Origin: Capsulimonadales bacterium
GTDB lineage: Bacteria; Armatimonadota; Armatimonadia; Armatimonadales; Armatimonadaceae
DNA length: 64,000 nucleotides
Reading direction: 5' to 3'
Assembly: GCA_033762295.1 (NCBI GenBank)
Contig: JANRLW010000064.1
Coordinates: 96,001 to 160,000, forward strand
In this document: one piece after another, positions 28,795-37,767 of the stretch
How the letters are laid out: each line of letters starts with the position of its first letter
Numbering within the stretch: the first letter of the stretch is position 1
Position numbers and translations under genes: made by a program
The notes under the pieces: model-generated
The model's database searches: none
What the model was told of the DNA's origin: nothing
The model's input: only the letters and a program-made list of their open reading frames with translations

Positions 28795-29478
28795 ATGCGG
28801 AAAATGAGGAATGTCAGTGAGAAAACGAAGGGCGGTTACCTGAGCGTGCCGACATCGGGGGGCGGGCCGGGCCTGATCGTCCTGCCGTCGTGGTGGGGGT
28901 TGAATGCGTTTTTTACGGGTCTCTGCGATCGTTTCGCCGAGGCCGGCTTTGTCGCCCTGGCGCCCGACCCCTATGATGGGGCGGTTGCCGTGACGATCGA
29001 GGAAGCGGAGAAACTGAAGGACTCGCTGAACGAGGAGGCGACCTTAGGGCAGATTCTCGCGGCGGCCGACCATCTGCGAGGACATCCCGCGGTCGAAGGC
29101 GATTACCTGGGCGTCGTGGGCTTTTCTCTGGGCGCGCACTTCGCTTTACAATTCTCGGCGTCTCGCCCCGACGACGTCGCGGCGGTCGTGCTGTTCTATG
29201 GCCTGGGGGAGACGGACTTCACGGCGGTGCGGGCGGCCTTTCTCGGTCACTTCGCGGAGAACGACCCGTGGGAACCGATGGAGCACGTTCGCTGGCTGGA
29301 GGGGCAACTCCGCGCCGCCGGGCGGGAAGTGACGTTCCACATCTATCCGGGCGTAGGCCACTGGTTCCCGGAGGCGGACCGGCCCGACGCCTTCGATCCG
29401 GACGCCGCCCGGCTGGCCTGGGATCGGACGGTCGCGTTTCTGAACGACCGTCTCAAATCCGCAGACCGGGCCGGGTAG
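28795..29478 (+). CDS. Dienelactone hydrolase family protein
   Basis: PGLIVLPSWWGLN, GFVALAPD, VGFSLGA, FYG, HFAENDPW, YPGVGHWF, AARLAWDRTVAFL; RBS GGAGG. Confidence 0.9.
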   Translation: MRKMRNVSEKTKGGYLSVPTSGGGPGLIVLPSWWGLNAFFTGLCDRFAEAGFVALAPDPYDGAVAVTIEEAEKLKDSLNEEATLGQILAAADHLRGHPAVEGDYLGVVGFSLGAHFALQFSASRPDDVAAVVLFYGLGETDFTAVRAAFLGHFAENDPWEPMEHVRWLEGQLRAAGREVTFHIYPGVGHWFPEADRPDAFDPDAARLAWDRTVAFLNDRLKSADRAG

Positions 29479-29490
29479 CGCGGGTCGATT

Positions 29491-30999
29491 CTACTTGGCC
29501 GGGGACCAGGCAAGGTCGAGTTGCCGGGCGGCGGCGGCTTCGTCCAGACGGCGAACCGGGGCATGGTGAGGCGCATCCAGGATCACCTGCGGGTTCGTCT
29601 CCGCCTCTTCCGCGATCTTTTCGACGGCGGCGATGAAGGCGTCGATCGTTTCGCGGCTCTCCGTCTCGGTCGGTTCGATCATCAGGCACTCGGGAACGAT
29701 CAGCGGGAAGTACATGGTCGGCGGATGGTAGCCGTAGTCGATGATCCGCTTTGCGACGTCCAGCGCCTTGACGCCCTTTGCCTTTAACGCCTTCAGGGTG
29801 AACACACACTCGTGCATGCAGAGGCGATCATAGGCGACCGGGAAGGTTTGGCCCAGCCGGACACGCAGGTAGTTGGCATTGAGAACGGCGTTCTCGCTGA
29901 TTTCCCGCAGACGTTCCCGCCCGTAGTGCCGGATATAGGCGTAGGCGCGGACGACCGCAAGAAAAGCCCCGGCATACGGCCCGACCTTTCCGATGGTCAA
30001 CGGGCGTTCCGCCTCGGTCGCCAGAGCGAACGAGCCGTCGTCCCGCCGAATGGCGAACGGAACCGGCAGGAACGGCTCGAGTATCGCCCGAACGCCGACC
30101 GGACCGGAACCGGGGCCGCCGCCGCCATGCGGCACGGAAAACGTCTTATGCAGGTTGACATGCATGACGTCGAAGCCCATATCGCCGGGACGCGCCGTGC
30201 CGACCAGAGCGTTCATATTCGCGCCGTCGCAGTACATCAACCCGCCCGCCTCATGAACCAGATCGCTGATTTCGCGGATATCCTCCTCGAACAGTCCGAC
30301 GGTGTTGGGGTTGGTCAGCATAAACCCGGCGACGTTCCCGGCATGGGCCAGCAACTGCGCTTTCAGGTGCGCGACATCGACCAGACCGCGCGGGTCGGTA
30401 TTGACATCGACGCATTTATAGCCGCAGCGGGCGGCGGAAGCGGGGTTGGTGCCGTGCGCCGCGGTCGGAACGAGGACGATGGTCCGGTGACCTTCGCCCC
30501 GATGCTCATGGTAGGCGCGAATCAGCATCAGGCCCAGAAGTTCGCCATGCGCACCGGCGGCGGGCTGCAGAGAGACGGCATCCATCCCCAGAATCGCCGC
30601 CAGATTCGTCTGCATCCGATAGAGCAGTTCGATCGCGCCCTGGACCGTCTCCTCCGGCTGGTACGGGTGAACCCGGGAGAAACCGGGCATCAGGACCGCC
30701 TGATCGTTGATCTTCGGATTGTACTTCATCGTACAGGAACCGAGCGGGTAGAAGCCCTTGTCGACATTGTAGTTCAGCGACGAAAGGTGCATGAAATGAC
30801 GGACGACATCCGGCTCGGCCATCTCGGGGAGGGGCAGTTCGTCGCGGAGGGCGACGCCCGGAAGGAGATCGTCGATCGGCTGCTCGGGAACGTCACAGGC
30901 CGGCATCTGCGTCCCGACACGGCCGGGACGCGACAGTTCGAAAATCGTAGGCTCAATGGTCTTTTGAACGGGAGAATGGGTCGCGGGTGCGCTGCTCAT
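29491..30999 (-). CDS. gcvPB: Glycine dehydrogenase (decarboxylating) subunit 2
   Basis: IFELSRPGR, YPLGSCTMKYNPK, LQPAAGAHGE, AHGTNPASA, YCDGANMNA, HVNLHKTFSVPHGGGGPG, PPTMYFPL, EPTETE. Confidence 0.96.
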   Translation of the reverse strand: MSSAPATHSPVQKTIEPTIFELSRPGRVGTQMPACDVPEQPIDDLLPGVALRDELPLPEMAEPDVVRHFMHLSSLNYNVDKGFYPLGSCTMKYNPKINDQAVLMPGFSRVHPYQPEETVQGAIELLYRMQTNLAAILGMDAVSLQPAAGAHGELLGLMLIRAYHEHRGEGHRTIVLVPTAAHGTNPASAARCGYKCVDVNTDPRGLVDVAHLKAQLLAHAGNVAGFMLTNPNTVGLFEEDIREISDLVHEAGGLMYCDGANMNALVGTARPGDMGFDVMHVNLHKTFSVPHGGGGPGSGPVGVRAILEPFLPVPFAIRRDDGSFALATEAERPLTIGKVGPYAGAFLAVVRAYAYIRHYGRERLREISENAVLNANYLRVRLGQTFPVAYDRLCMHECVFTLKALKAKGVKALDVAKRIIDYGYHPPTMYFPLIVPECLMIEPTETESRETIDAFIAAVEKIAEEAETNPQVILDAPHHAPVRRLDEAAAARQLDLAWSPAK

Positions 31000-31115
31000 G
31001 AATGGTCGCTTTTCTAGGTCGTGCCTCGTCGCACCGGAAAGTAGGAATCGGATTTCGGAACGCTCGAATTATACCCGATTTCGTCCTTTCGCCGGAAGAC
31101 CCTCCGGAACCGGGA

Positions 31116-33647
31116 CTACCGGGACTTTCGTTCGGCGTCCTCTTCGGAGCGAATCGTCGGAAACGGCCTTTTCCCTTTTGTCAGAGTGAACCAGTTGACG
31201 CGGTTGAGCCAGTAGTGATCCGGCCCGTCGATCCGGCTCCAGTCCAGCGCGACCGTCTTTTCATACCAGTACCGCTCCTGCGCCGTCATTTTCTCCGGTG
31301 ACGGGTTCCTTTCATCCAGGGGGATACGGTTGGGGACGTGCGTATAGGGTGTCAGGTCCGGCTTTTCGGCGAAACAGGTGGTGATCGGTTCCGCCATCGC
31401 GTCGAAGCGGTTCATCGGCTCGAGTCCCAGCATCAAACCGATCGAACGAAGCATGCTGGCGGTCGTATACAGATGGGAATCGACGAAGCGTCGTTTCGTA
31501 TACGGGCTGATCACGAAGTAGGGGACCCGATGACCGTCCACATGATCCGGCAGCGCCTGCCCGTCATCCTCGATGACGAAGATACAGGTATCTTTCCACT
31601 GCGGCGATTTCGTGATCCCCTCGACGACCCGCCCGAGAGCCAGATCGTTGTCGGCATGCATGGCGCGGGGAGTCGGGTACTCGGGGTTCAGCCCTTCGGT
31701 GTGATCGGCGGGCAGGCAGAGGATCATGAGATCGGGAACGGTGTCGGTCCGACTGTACTCACGGTACTCCTTCAGAAAGGCATCCGCCCGCGCCTGGTCG
31801 CTCTGAATCAACGGCCAGTACTGAACGGACGGGCAGATATAGGGCTTGAGCCCGGCGACCGTCGTATCGGCGGTGTAGGTGAATTTCTGGCCGCCGTTCT
31901 TCCGGTCCTCCCAGGCTTCGAACCAGTCCTTCGGGCGATACGGGGCGTATTTGGCGAGCCGGTCGTCGCAGTACTCGCCGTAGACCCGGATCTTCTTGCC
32001 CTTTCGCGCCGCCGCGTCCCAGAGAGCGCCACCCGCCGAAAGGGACATGGCGCAGTCTCCGTCGTCGGGGTAGGTGCGATAGCTGACGTAGAAGTGCTCC
32101 ATATAATCGTTGGCAAGGCTTTGCGTCGACCAGGCGTGTCCGTCGGCGGAGTTGGTCCCGCTCACATACCCGTTGTCGAAAAGCGTGAAGGTGCGGGCCA
32201 GCGCCCAGTGATTCGGCATCCCCGTCTCGCCGATAACGCAGAGCGACGGATCGCCGTTTCCCTCCTTCATTTGACCAAATACCGAGTCGTATGTCTGGTT
32301 TTCTTTAATAATATACAGAACATGCTTCACTGCGCCATTGTAGACAGGGTGCTTCGGGCGGTCCGTGCCTCGGTCCCAGCGGTTGTTGCGGGCGACGATC
32401 CGCGTTTCCGCCTTCAGGTCACGGCGCAGACCCAGCGTGGTGATCGTTCCCTGGAAGTCATGGGGACTGCCCGGATTGCCGTTGCGCGTGTTCTCAACCG
32501 AACCGTTGCCCTTGGAGTTGAGGACGTACGCGGTCCTTCCGTCACGGCTGAGCGTGATGGCGCACGGGAAGTACCCGGTCGGGCGAAAACCCTTCAGCGT
32601 GCCCGACGGCAGATCGACCTCGGCGACCGCGTTATCGCCGCCATTGCAGACATACAGGGTTCGACCGTCCGGAGAGAGGGCGAGCGCGTTGGGCATCGCG
32701 CCGAAGAGCGGGGCGCCGCCGCCCCGGACGGAGATCGTTCGGATGGTTTTTCGCGCCGCCAGATCGATCTCGGTGAGCGTATCGCTCATGCCGTTGGCGA
32801 CGTAGGCGCGGTTGCCATGGACGAGAAGGGCGTTGGGATGAATGCCGACCTCCAGCACGGTCGCCTGACCGGTCGCCCGGTCCACCAGGGACACGGTGCC
32901 GGTCGAAGCGACTCCCCGTTCGTCGGTGACGATATCCTCGTCGCCGCTTTTGGCCGTTCGGTCGTTCGACAGCGGTTTTCGACCGCCCCAGTTACTGACG
33001 ATCAACGTTTTTTCGTCGCCTGAAAGCCGAACGTCGTAGGGCAGGACCTGAACCGGGAGTTCGCGCACCCGCTTGTGTGTCGCGAGATCGACCTCGACGA
33101 CGGCGTTCAGTCCGGCGGCGGCGACGAAGAGTGTCTTGCTGTCCCGTGTCGCGCACATTCCGCCCGGATACGCATTGCGTTTGTCCCCTTCGGCGGCGAC
33201 CGGTATCGTGGCGACATGCTCCAACTGGAGGTCGGCGTACCGGTATTCGATCAGAGCGCCCTGGTCGTTGGTGACGACGACATGCTGGGCGTCCGGCCAC
33301 CAGTTCGACCCGCTATGGTCGCCGGTCCAGAGGACGCCGTGAAAGCCCGCGCTCGCATTCCCGAGCGGGGTACGGGACCGGGCGATGATGCCGGTCGGCG
33401 AGCACATGAACACCTCGCGTTGTGCCAGGACGGCGAAGACGTTCTCCGTCGGATGCAGCGCGAAATCGCTCGGTCGCCCGTTAAAGGCCAACCCGTCGCC
33501 TCGAATCCGCTGTCCGCTGCTGACGATGAAACTGCCGTCGGGCTGTCGGCCCATTTTCGGAGCGCGAAACAGAGCGGCGCCCACGGAAACGACGGCGCAA
33601 AGGGACAGGACGGCGTAAGCCGCCTTCGGGAACGGGCGACGGGGCAT
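31116..33647 (-). CDS. Secreted YncE-type beta-propeller / phosphoesterase fusion (paralogue of 3521-5974)
   Basis: ATG 33647 with RBS TAAGGA; LSPDGRTLYVCNGGDNAV, PTGYFP; IKENQTYDSVFG, PNHWALA, NSADGHAWS, IEDDGQALPDHVDGHR. Confidence 0.88.
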   Translation of the reverse strand: MPRRPFPKAAYAVLSLCAVVSVGAALFRAPKMGRQPDGSFIVSSGQRIRGDGLAFNGRPSDFALHPTENVFAVLAQREVFMCSPTGIIARSRTPLGNASAGFHGVLWTGDHSGSNWWPDAQHVVVTNDQGALIEYRYADLQLEHVATIPVAAEGDKRNAYPGGMCATRDSKTLFVAAAGLNAVVEVDLATHKRVRELPVQVLPYDVRLSGDEKTLIVSNWGGRKPLSNDRTAKSGDEDIVTDERGVASTGTVSLVDRATGQATVLEVGIHPNALLVHGNRAYVANGMSDTLTEIDLAARKTIRTISVRGGGAPLFGAMPNALALSPDGRTLYVCNGGDNAVAEVDLPSGTLKGFRPTGYFPCAITLSRDGRTAYVLNSKGNGSVENTRNGNPGSPHDFQGTITTLGLRRDLKAETRIVARNNRWDRGTDRPKHPVYNGAVKHVLYIIKENQTYDSVFGQMKEGNGDPSLCVIGETGMPNHWALARTFTLFDNGYVSGTNSADGHAWSTQSLANDYMEHFYVSYRTYPDDGDCAMSLSAGGALWDAAARKGKKIRVYGEYCDDRLAKYAPYRPKDWFEAWEDRKNGGQKFTYTADTTVAGLKPYICPSVQYWPLIQSDQARADAFLKEYREYSRTDTVPDLMILCLPADHTEGLNPEYPTPRAMHADNDLALGRVVEGITKSPQWKDTCIFVIEDDGQALPDHVDGHRVPYFVISPYTKRRFVDSHLYTTASMLRSIGLMLGLEPMNRFDAMAEPITTCFAEKPDLTPYTHVPNRIPLDERNPSPEKMTAQERYWYEKTVALDWSRIDGPDHYWLNRVNWFTLTKGKRPFPTIRSEEDAERKSR

Positions 33648-33655
33648 AGGTTTCC

Positions 33656-33988
33656 TTACGGTTTTTTCTTGAAATAGGTGACGGACGTTCCGTACTTTGC
33701 GGTGTGCGACGAGCCGTTCTTCCGATACCAATCCACCACCTCGGCGTCACGCAGGGAGCCGTCGGCATTGAAGAGAAAACCGGAATTTCCTTCTTTTCGC
33801 CGCAGTCGGGCCAGGTCCTCCGGAGTGGAATGGCAGCGGACGCAATAGGCGGTATCGATCACCTGCGGAGGGTTCTCGGCCTGCTCCCTGGCTTCCAGAA
33901 CTTTGACCTCGACGACGCCGATCACGACGGCAGCCAGCGTGAGGGTGATGATGACGGTGTGCGGGGCGAGCTGTTTGGCGGTTTTCAT
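33656..33988 (-). CDS. Small membrane-anchored protein with one CxxCH heme c-binding motif
   Basis: N-terminal TM helix then YCVRCHST; sits 8 bp from the next gene, in operon context. Confidence 0.65.
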   Translation of the reverse strand: MKTAKQLAPHTVIITLTLAAVVIGVVEVKVLEAREQAENPPQVIDTAYCVRCHSTPEDLARLRRKEGNSGFLFNADGSLRDAEVVDWYRKNGSSHTAKYGTSVTYFKKKP

Positions 33989-34042
33989 AGGGGAACATTT
34001 ACCGGGGAGAAACGCTGTTTCTCCCCGGTCCTCGGTCGGAGT

Positions 34043-34975
34043 CTAGTTGGTCCAGATACAACCGGCGCTGCTGGGACCGTCGCTGGCGGTACAGGCCCGG
34101 CTGAAGTTATCCTGAACGTACTGAGCGAGATCGCCGCAGCGGATGGCCGTCGGGATCGGAATCTCGTCCCGATAATCGTTGTCCTGGTACCGGATAATGT
34201 AATCCGGGTCGGCGCAGTAGTTGTTGATCAGGCTGGTAAGCGCAGGACGGGCCCAGCGGGCGTTTTCGCCGGAGGCCGCCCAACCGGCGATGTACTTGAC
34301 CGACTTGGCATGGCCGTCGACAAAGGCGATGTTGAAGTTCTGCCGATGGCGCAGGGCGGAGGAAGTGGTGCCGTTGAAGGTGCAGAGCTGGGTCCACATG
34401 CCGAGGTTCATACGCGGGGTATCGTAGGTGTCCCCGAACGCGAACATCTGTGCCGGGGCGACGATTTTGGCGAGGCGGATACCCGGAGCGTAATCGTCAT
34501 CATTATTGACGCTGTCCGCGTAGATGCCTTTCTGCTCGGTCAGACCGCCGCCACGGGAGTTGGCCGGTCCCCAGTTGTAGGCATAGCCGGTAAGGCGGCA
34601 GTTGTTGTAGCTGCCATCGGCGTTCGGCGTGGGATCGCAGCCATGAGCGCCGGGGCCGCCGGCTGCGGCGACATCGAACCCGCCGCGTCGCGCCCGGTCG
34701 TTGCGTTCCGGGCACCAGAGCAGATTGAAGGACTTGAAGTAGGGGACCAGACCGACCCACCAGTCCGTCTTGATGTGCGGGGTGGTCTCGTCGTAGTCCT
34801 GGACGTACATCGCATAGGCCAGACCGACCTGGCGTACGTTGGAAAGGCAGGAGATGGCGCGGGCGCTGGCGCGGGCCTGGGCGAAGACCGGGAAAAGGAT
34901 CGCGGCCAGGATGGCGATAATAGCGATGACAACGAGCAACTCGATGAGCGTGAAGGCGGATTTGAAGCTTCGCAT
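34043..34975 (-). CDS. DUF1559 / prepilin-type N-terminal cleavage-methylation protein with H-X9-DG motif
   Basis: [64 protein letters not shown]. Confidence 0.93.
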   Translation of the reverse strand: MRSFKSAFTLIELLVVIAIIAILAAILFPVFAQARASARAISCLSNVRQVGLAYAMYVQDYDETTPHIKTDWWVGLVPYFKSFNLLWCPERNDRARRGGFDVAAAGGPGAHGCDPTPNADGSYNNCRLTGYAYNWGPANSRGGGLTEQKGIYADSVNNDDDYAPGIRLAKIVAPAQMFAFGDTYDTPRMNLGMWTQLCTFNGTTSSALRHRQNFNIAFVDGHAKSVKYIAGWAASGENARWARPALTSLINNYCADPDYIIRYQDNDYRDEIPIPTAIRCGDLAQYVQDNFSRACTASDGPSSAGCIWTN

Positions 34976-35077
34976 GCGGCAGTCTTTCTGAGCGCGTGGC
35001 TCGGTCCGAATTCAAATAACCAACGGCAATCTCGTTCACTCCGTCCGGTGGGTATCCGGGCCGTCCGACCGGGCGGA

Positions 35078-35239
35078 CTACAGTCCCTTCGCCTCCTTTT
35101 TGGCGATCCGGTCGTTGATGGTTGTCGAATTGACCGTGTCGCCGGAAGGCGCAAGGAATCTCCACGCCAGGAAACCGATCAACAGGACGGCGACGGCCGC
35201 GGCGGCGGCAATCATCCAGGGAGCAGGCGTTTCTTTCAT
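35078..35239 (-). CDS. Small single-TM protein (53 aa), not in ORF track
   Basis: MKETPAPWMIAAAAAVAVLLIGFLAWRFLAPSGDTVNSTTINDRIAKKEAKGL*; RBS AGGA; first gene downstream of the Pho-box-like site. Confidence 0.65.
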   Translation of the reverse strand: MKETPAPWMIAAAAAVAVLLIGFLAWRFLAPSGDTVNSTTINDRIAKKEAKGL

Positions 35240-35306
35240 GATTCGTTCCTAACGGGGCCCGGAGCGATTTGTGACAAATTATTCGGTCACATTAACTAAC
35301 CCGCGT

Positions 35307-35342
35307 ATTGTAACCATCGCATGTTAAGGCCACATTAAGAAA
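35307..35342 (-). promoter_or_regulatory. Putative Pho-box-like operator plus -10 element upstream of DUF1559 module 2
   Basis: Minus strand TTTCTTAATGTGGCCTTAACAT-gcgatggt-TACAAT; CTTAAY repeats 11 bp apart; 20/22 identical to 3461-3482. Confidence 0.62.
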
Positions 35343-35388
35343 GTAGGGGATTCCGGGGAAAATTCTGCTTGTTGCAATTCGTTTGTTT

Positions 35389-35826
35389 TTATGTCACGGA
35401 ATGCGTTCGCAAGCCGACCAGGATACAGGGACCGCCGCCGACCACGTGCAAACCCGCACGAAGCGCCTTTTCCAGGACGGCGGGTGATTCCGCCCCGGGT
35501 TGTATCCAAAGGTGGCGAATTCCGGCCGCGGCGACCTCATCCACGAGTTTCTCCGTGGCGGCCGGAGGAATGACCGCCACGACGACCTCCGGCTTCTCCG
35601 GTAACGCCGCGACGTTCGGGTAGCACGGGTCCCCGTCGATGGTCGCCGAACCGGGGTTCACGGGCCAGACCGTTTTTCCGTGCCGTTTCAGGTCGTGATA
35701 GATGATGTTGCCGTACTTCTCCGGGTGGTTCGAGGCGCCGACCACCGCGAATGTCCGCGCGGCCAGCATCGTATCGATCGCTTCGTTCATATCTTCAAGG
35801 ACCGCCCTTTCCGACGCCGGGTTCAT
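35389..35826 (-). CDS. CoA-binding protein (YccU-like)
   Basis: FAVVGASNHPEKYG, VWPVNP, LWIQPGAES, GPCILV. Confidence 0.9.
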   Translation of the reverse strand: MNPASERAVLEDMNEAIDTMLAARTFAVVGASNHPEKYGNIIYHDLKRHGKTVWPVNPGSATIDGDPCYPNVAALPEKPEVVVAVIPPAATEKLVDEVAAAGIRHLWIQPGAESPAVLEKALRAGLHVVGGGPCILVGLRTHSVT

Positions 35827-35876
35827 CTTCCGTTTTCACCTTGCATTTTCACCTTCCGTTCGTCCGTGTAGGAACG

Positions 35877-37265
35877 TCATTCCGGTTCGGCGCTGCCTTC
35901 CAGAATCAAGCCCTTCGTCGCCGGAAACCGTTCGTACCAGAGAGCGAGAATATCGCGCAGATGTCCGGCATAGCGGTAATGCGCGCCGACGCCGGTTCGC
36001 AGTTCGGCCTCGTAGATAAACTTATCGGCGGTGGTCGTGTGCTCGAACGGGAACTCCGTGCCGAGGAGCGTATGGTAGATATAGGTCGCTTCACCCGATG
36101 TCAGCAGACGGTGCGCCCGGTTCGTCGCCATCACGCCAACGCCGACCGGAATCCGCGCGGCGCGATCGGGCGAGGGAAGCTCGTCGAGGGCGGCGTAGAA
36201 CCCCTGCGGCAGAAGCGGGCAGTATTTGGTGCCGGTCCGGTGCCGGTTCAGGTCGCGAATCTCGGCGAAGGCGATCCGGTTCCAACCGAATCGGACGGCG
36301 GTCCGCCGAAGGGTGGCCCCGATATACGAGTATCGGTTGTCGTGGAAGGCGAGCGACAGCGTTACCAAGGGATCGATCGTCTGCGGCGGGAGGAAGACCT
36401 CCAGCAGGAGTCCGTCCGCGTTCGCACCGAAGAGGACGCCGTCCAGGCGATCCTCCGCCCATTTCCGTACGGTCAACTGTTCGACCGCCAGCCCCTTTTG
36501 CAGCGATTCGAGGGGGCGCGCATGACGCAGCAGGTTCGGCGCGGCGAGCGCGAGTTCGTCGCGCAGGCGTTCACCGAGAAGGTTGGCTTCCCGGAGCGGG
36601 TGGGAGAGCAGGTACTGGCAGACGTTCACCCAGGCGCGGGCCGACTGGACCAGCATGACGTTGGTGGTGGCGGCCACCGGCAGAAAATACCTTGCCCGGT
36701 CGAAGGCGTAGTTGCGCCGCATCCGGGCGACCGCCTTTTTCGACTTTTCGGACGGATCTTCGCGCAGGGAGCGGGGGATACGCGCCACATCCGGGTCCGC
36801 CCGGACGATTTCCTCCCAGACGGTGACGGCGGATTGGTAGGCGGCGAACGCCTCCTCCATGGCGGCGTTCCAGGCGGCGCGTTCGTTCTCCGGGATGCCG
36901 AGCGTTTCCGGGTCGGCCAGTCCTTCGGCATTGAGGCGAATATAGCGCGTCGACGACTCCTGACCGCCCGCCGTCGGACAGAGAGTCCAGAGATAGTAAG
37001 CGAGATAAAGGGAGATACCGTCGATGAAGAGGGCGACCGGGGCCATGTCGGCGATGGAGGCGTGTCCGTAGTCGACAAACCTGAAGATGCGTTCCACCGA
37101 GGCGTCGGCGTTCTCCGGATCGATCTTTTCCAGGATCGCCTCCAGCCCTTCGTTGTTGCGGGAGTAGCGGGCCCCGACGGCGGCGAGCAGTTCCGGAGTG
37201 AGGGCGGGCCGACCGGCCTCCTGCGCGGCGTCGGTCGGACGGAGCGAGACCTGCGTCACTTTCAT
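35877..37265 (-). CDS. thyX: FAD-dependent thymidylate synthase-like protein (long, two-domain Thy1 form)
   Basis: ARYSR, YGHASIADMA, QESSTRYI, FDRARYFLP, RDLNRHRT. Confidence 0.7.
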   Translation of the reverse strand: MKVTQVSLRPTDAAQEAGRPALTPELLAAVGARYSRNNEGLEAILEKIDPENADASVERIFRFVDYGHASIADMAPVALFIDGISLYLAYYLWTLCPTAGGQESSTRYIRLNAEGLADPETLGIPENERAAWNAAMEEAFAAYQSAVTVWEEIVRADPDVARIPRSLREDPSEKSKKAVARMRRNYAFDRARYFLPVAATTNVMLVQSARAWVNVCQYLLSHPLREANLLGERLRDELALAAPNLLRHARPLESLQKGLAVEQLTVRKWAEDRLDGVLFGANADGLLLEVFLPPQTIDPLVTLSLAFHDNRYSYIGATLRRTAVRFGWNRIAFAEIRDLNRHRTGTKYCPLLPQGFYAALDELPSPDRAARIPVGVGVMATNRAHRLLTSGEATYIYHTLLGTEFPFEHTTTADKFIYEAELRTGVGAHYRYAGHLRDILALWYERFPATKGLILEGSAEPE

Positions 37266-37438
37266 ACACCGCAGATTCGCTTCCGGCGATGCCGTCTCCT
37301 TTTCAATGGCTCGACGTGCCCGGATCGTTCAGGGGGTAGCCTCCTCGGCTAGCCGGCAGCCTTCGATTCCGGACCCCGGTTCGGTTATGGAAACGACCGA
37401 AAGATTCCGTTCCCGTTTTCGCGATGGAATGGAAACGT

Positions 37439-37467
37439 CCTGATAGCAAACCGCAATTGCTATCAGG
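37439..37467 (-). terminator. Hairpin downstream of tRNA-Ala
   Basis: CCTGATAGCAA / TTGCTATCAGG, an 11-bp stem. Confidence 0.55.
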
Positions 37468-37484
37468 GAGGAGGGGAGGGAAAA

Positions 37485-37557
37485 TGGACCTGAGGGGATT
37501 CGAACCCCTGACCTCTACAATGCGAATGTAGCGCTCTCCCAACTGAGCCACAGGCCC
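37485..37557 (-). tRNA. tRNA-Ala (anticodon CGC), CCA not encoded
   Basis: GGGCCTGTGGCTCAGTTGGGAGAGCGCTACATTCGCATTGTAGAGGTCAGGGGTTCGAATCCCCTCAGGTCCA; cloverleaf, G3:U70 Ala determinant, GTTCGAA T-loop. Confidence 0.97.
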
Positions 37558-37767
37558 GCAACGACGGTTAGTATATCACCCCCGGCCCGGGGGCGCAATT
37601 TCGCCGGAAGGGTTCGAACCGCCTATGGTCGCACCGAAGGAATACCCGATGGAATTACCTGTTTCTTTTAATCGTGTTTTGGCGTGGCAGGTTATCCATG
37701 AAAACGCAGGAAAATACGTTTGAAAGGATTGCCGGACAAAGTGTAGACGGCAGCTATCACCAGGGAG

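Noticed and set aside
29491..30999. gcvPB without adjacent gcvPA/gcvT/gcvH
   Set aside because: Dispersed gcv genes are common; the partners are probably elsewhere in the genome.
37303..37551. 82-aa ORF MAQLGERYIRIVEVRGSNPLRS
   Set aside because: Translation of the tRNA-Ala gene.
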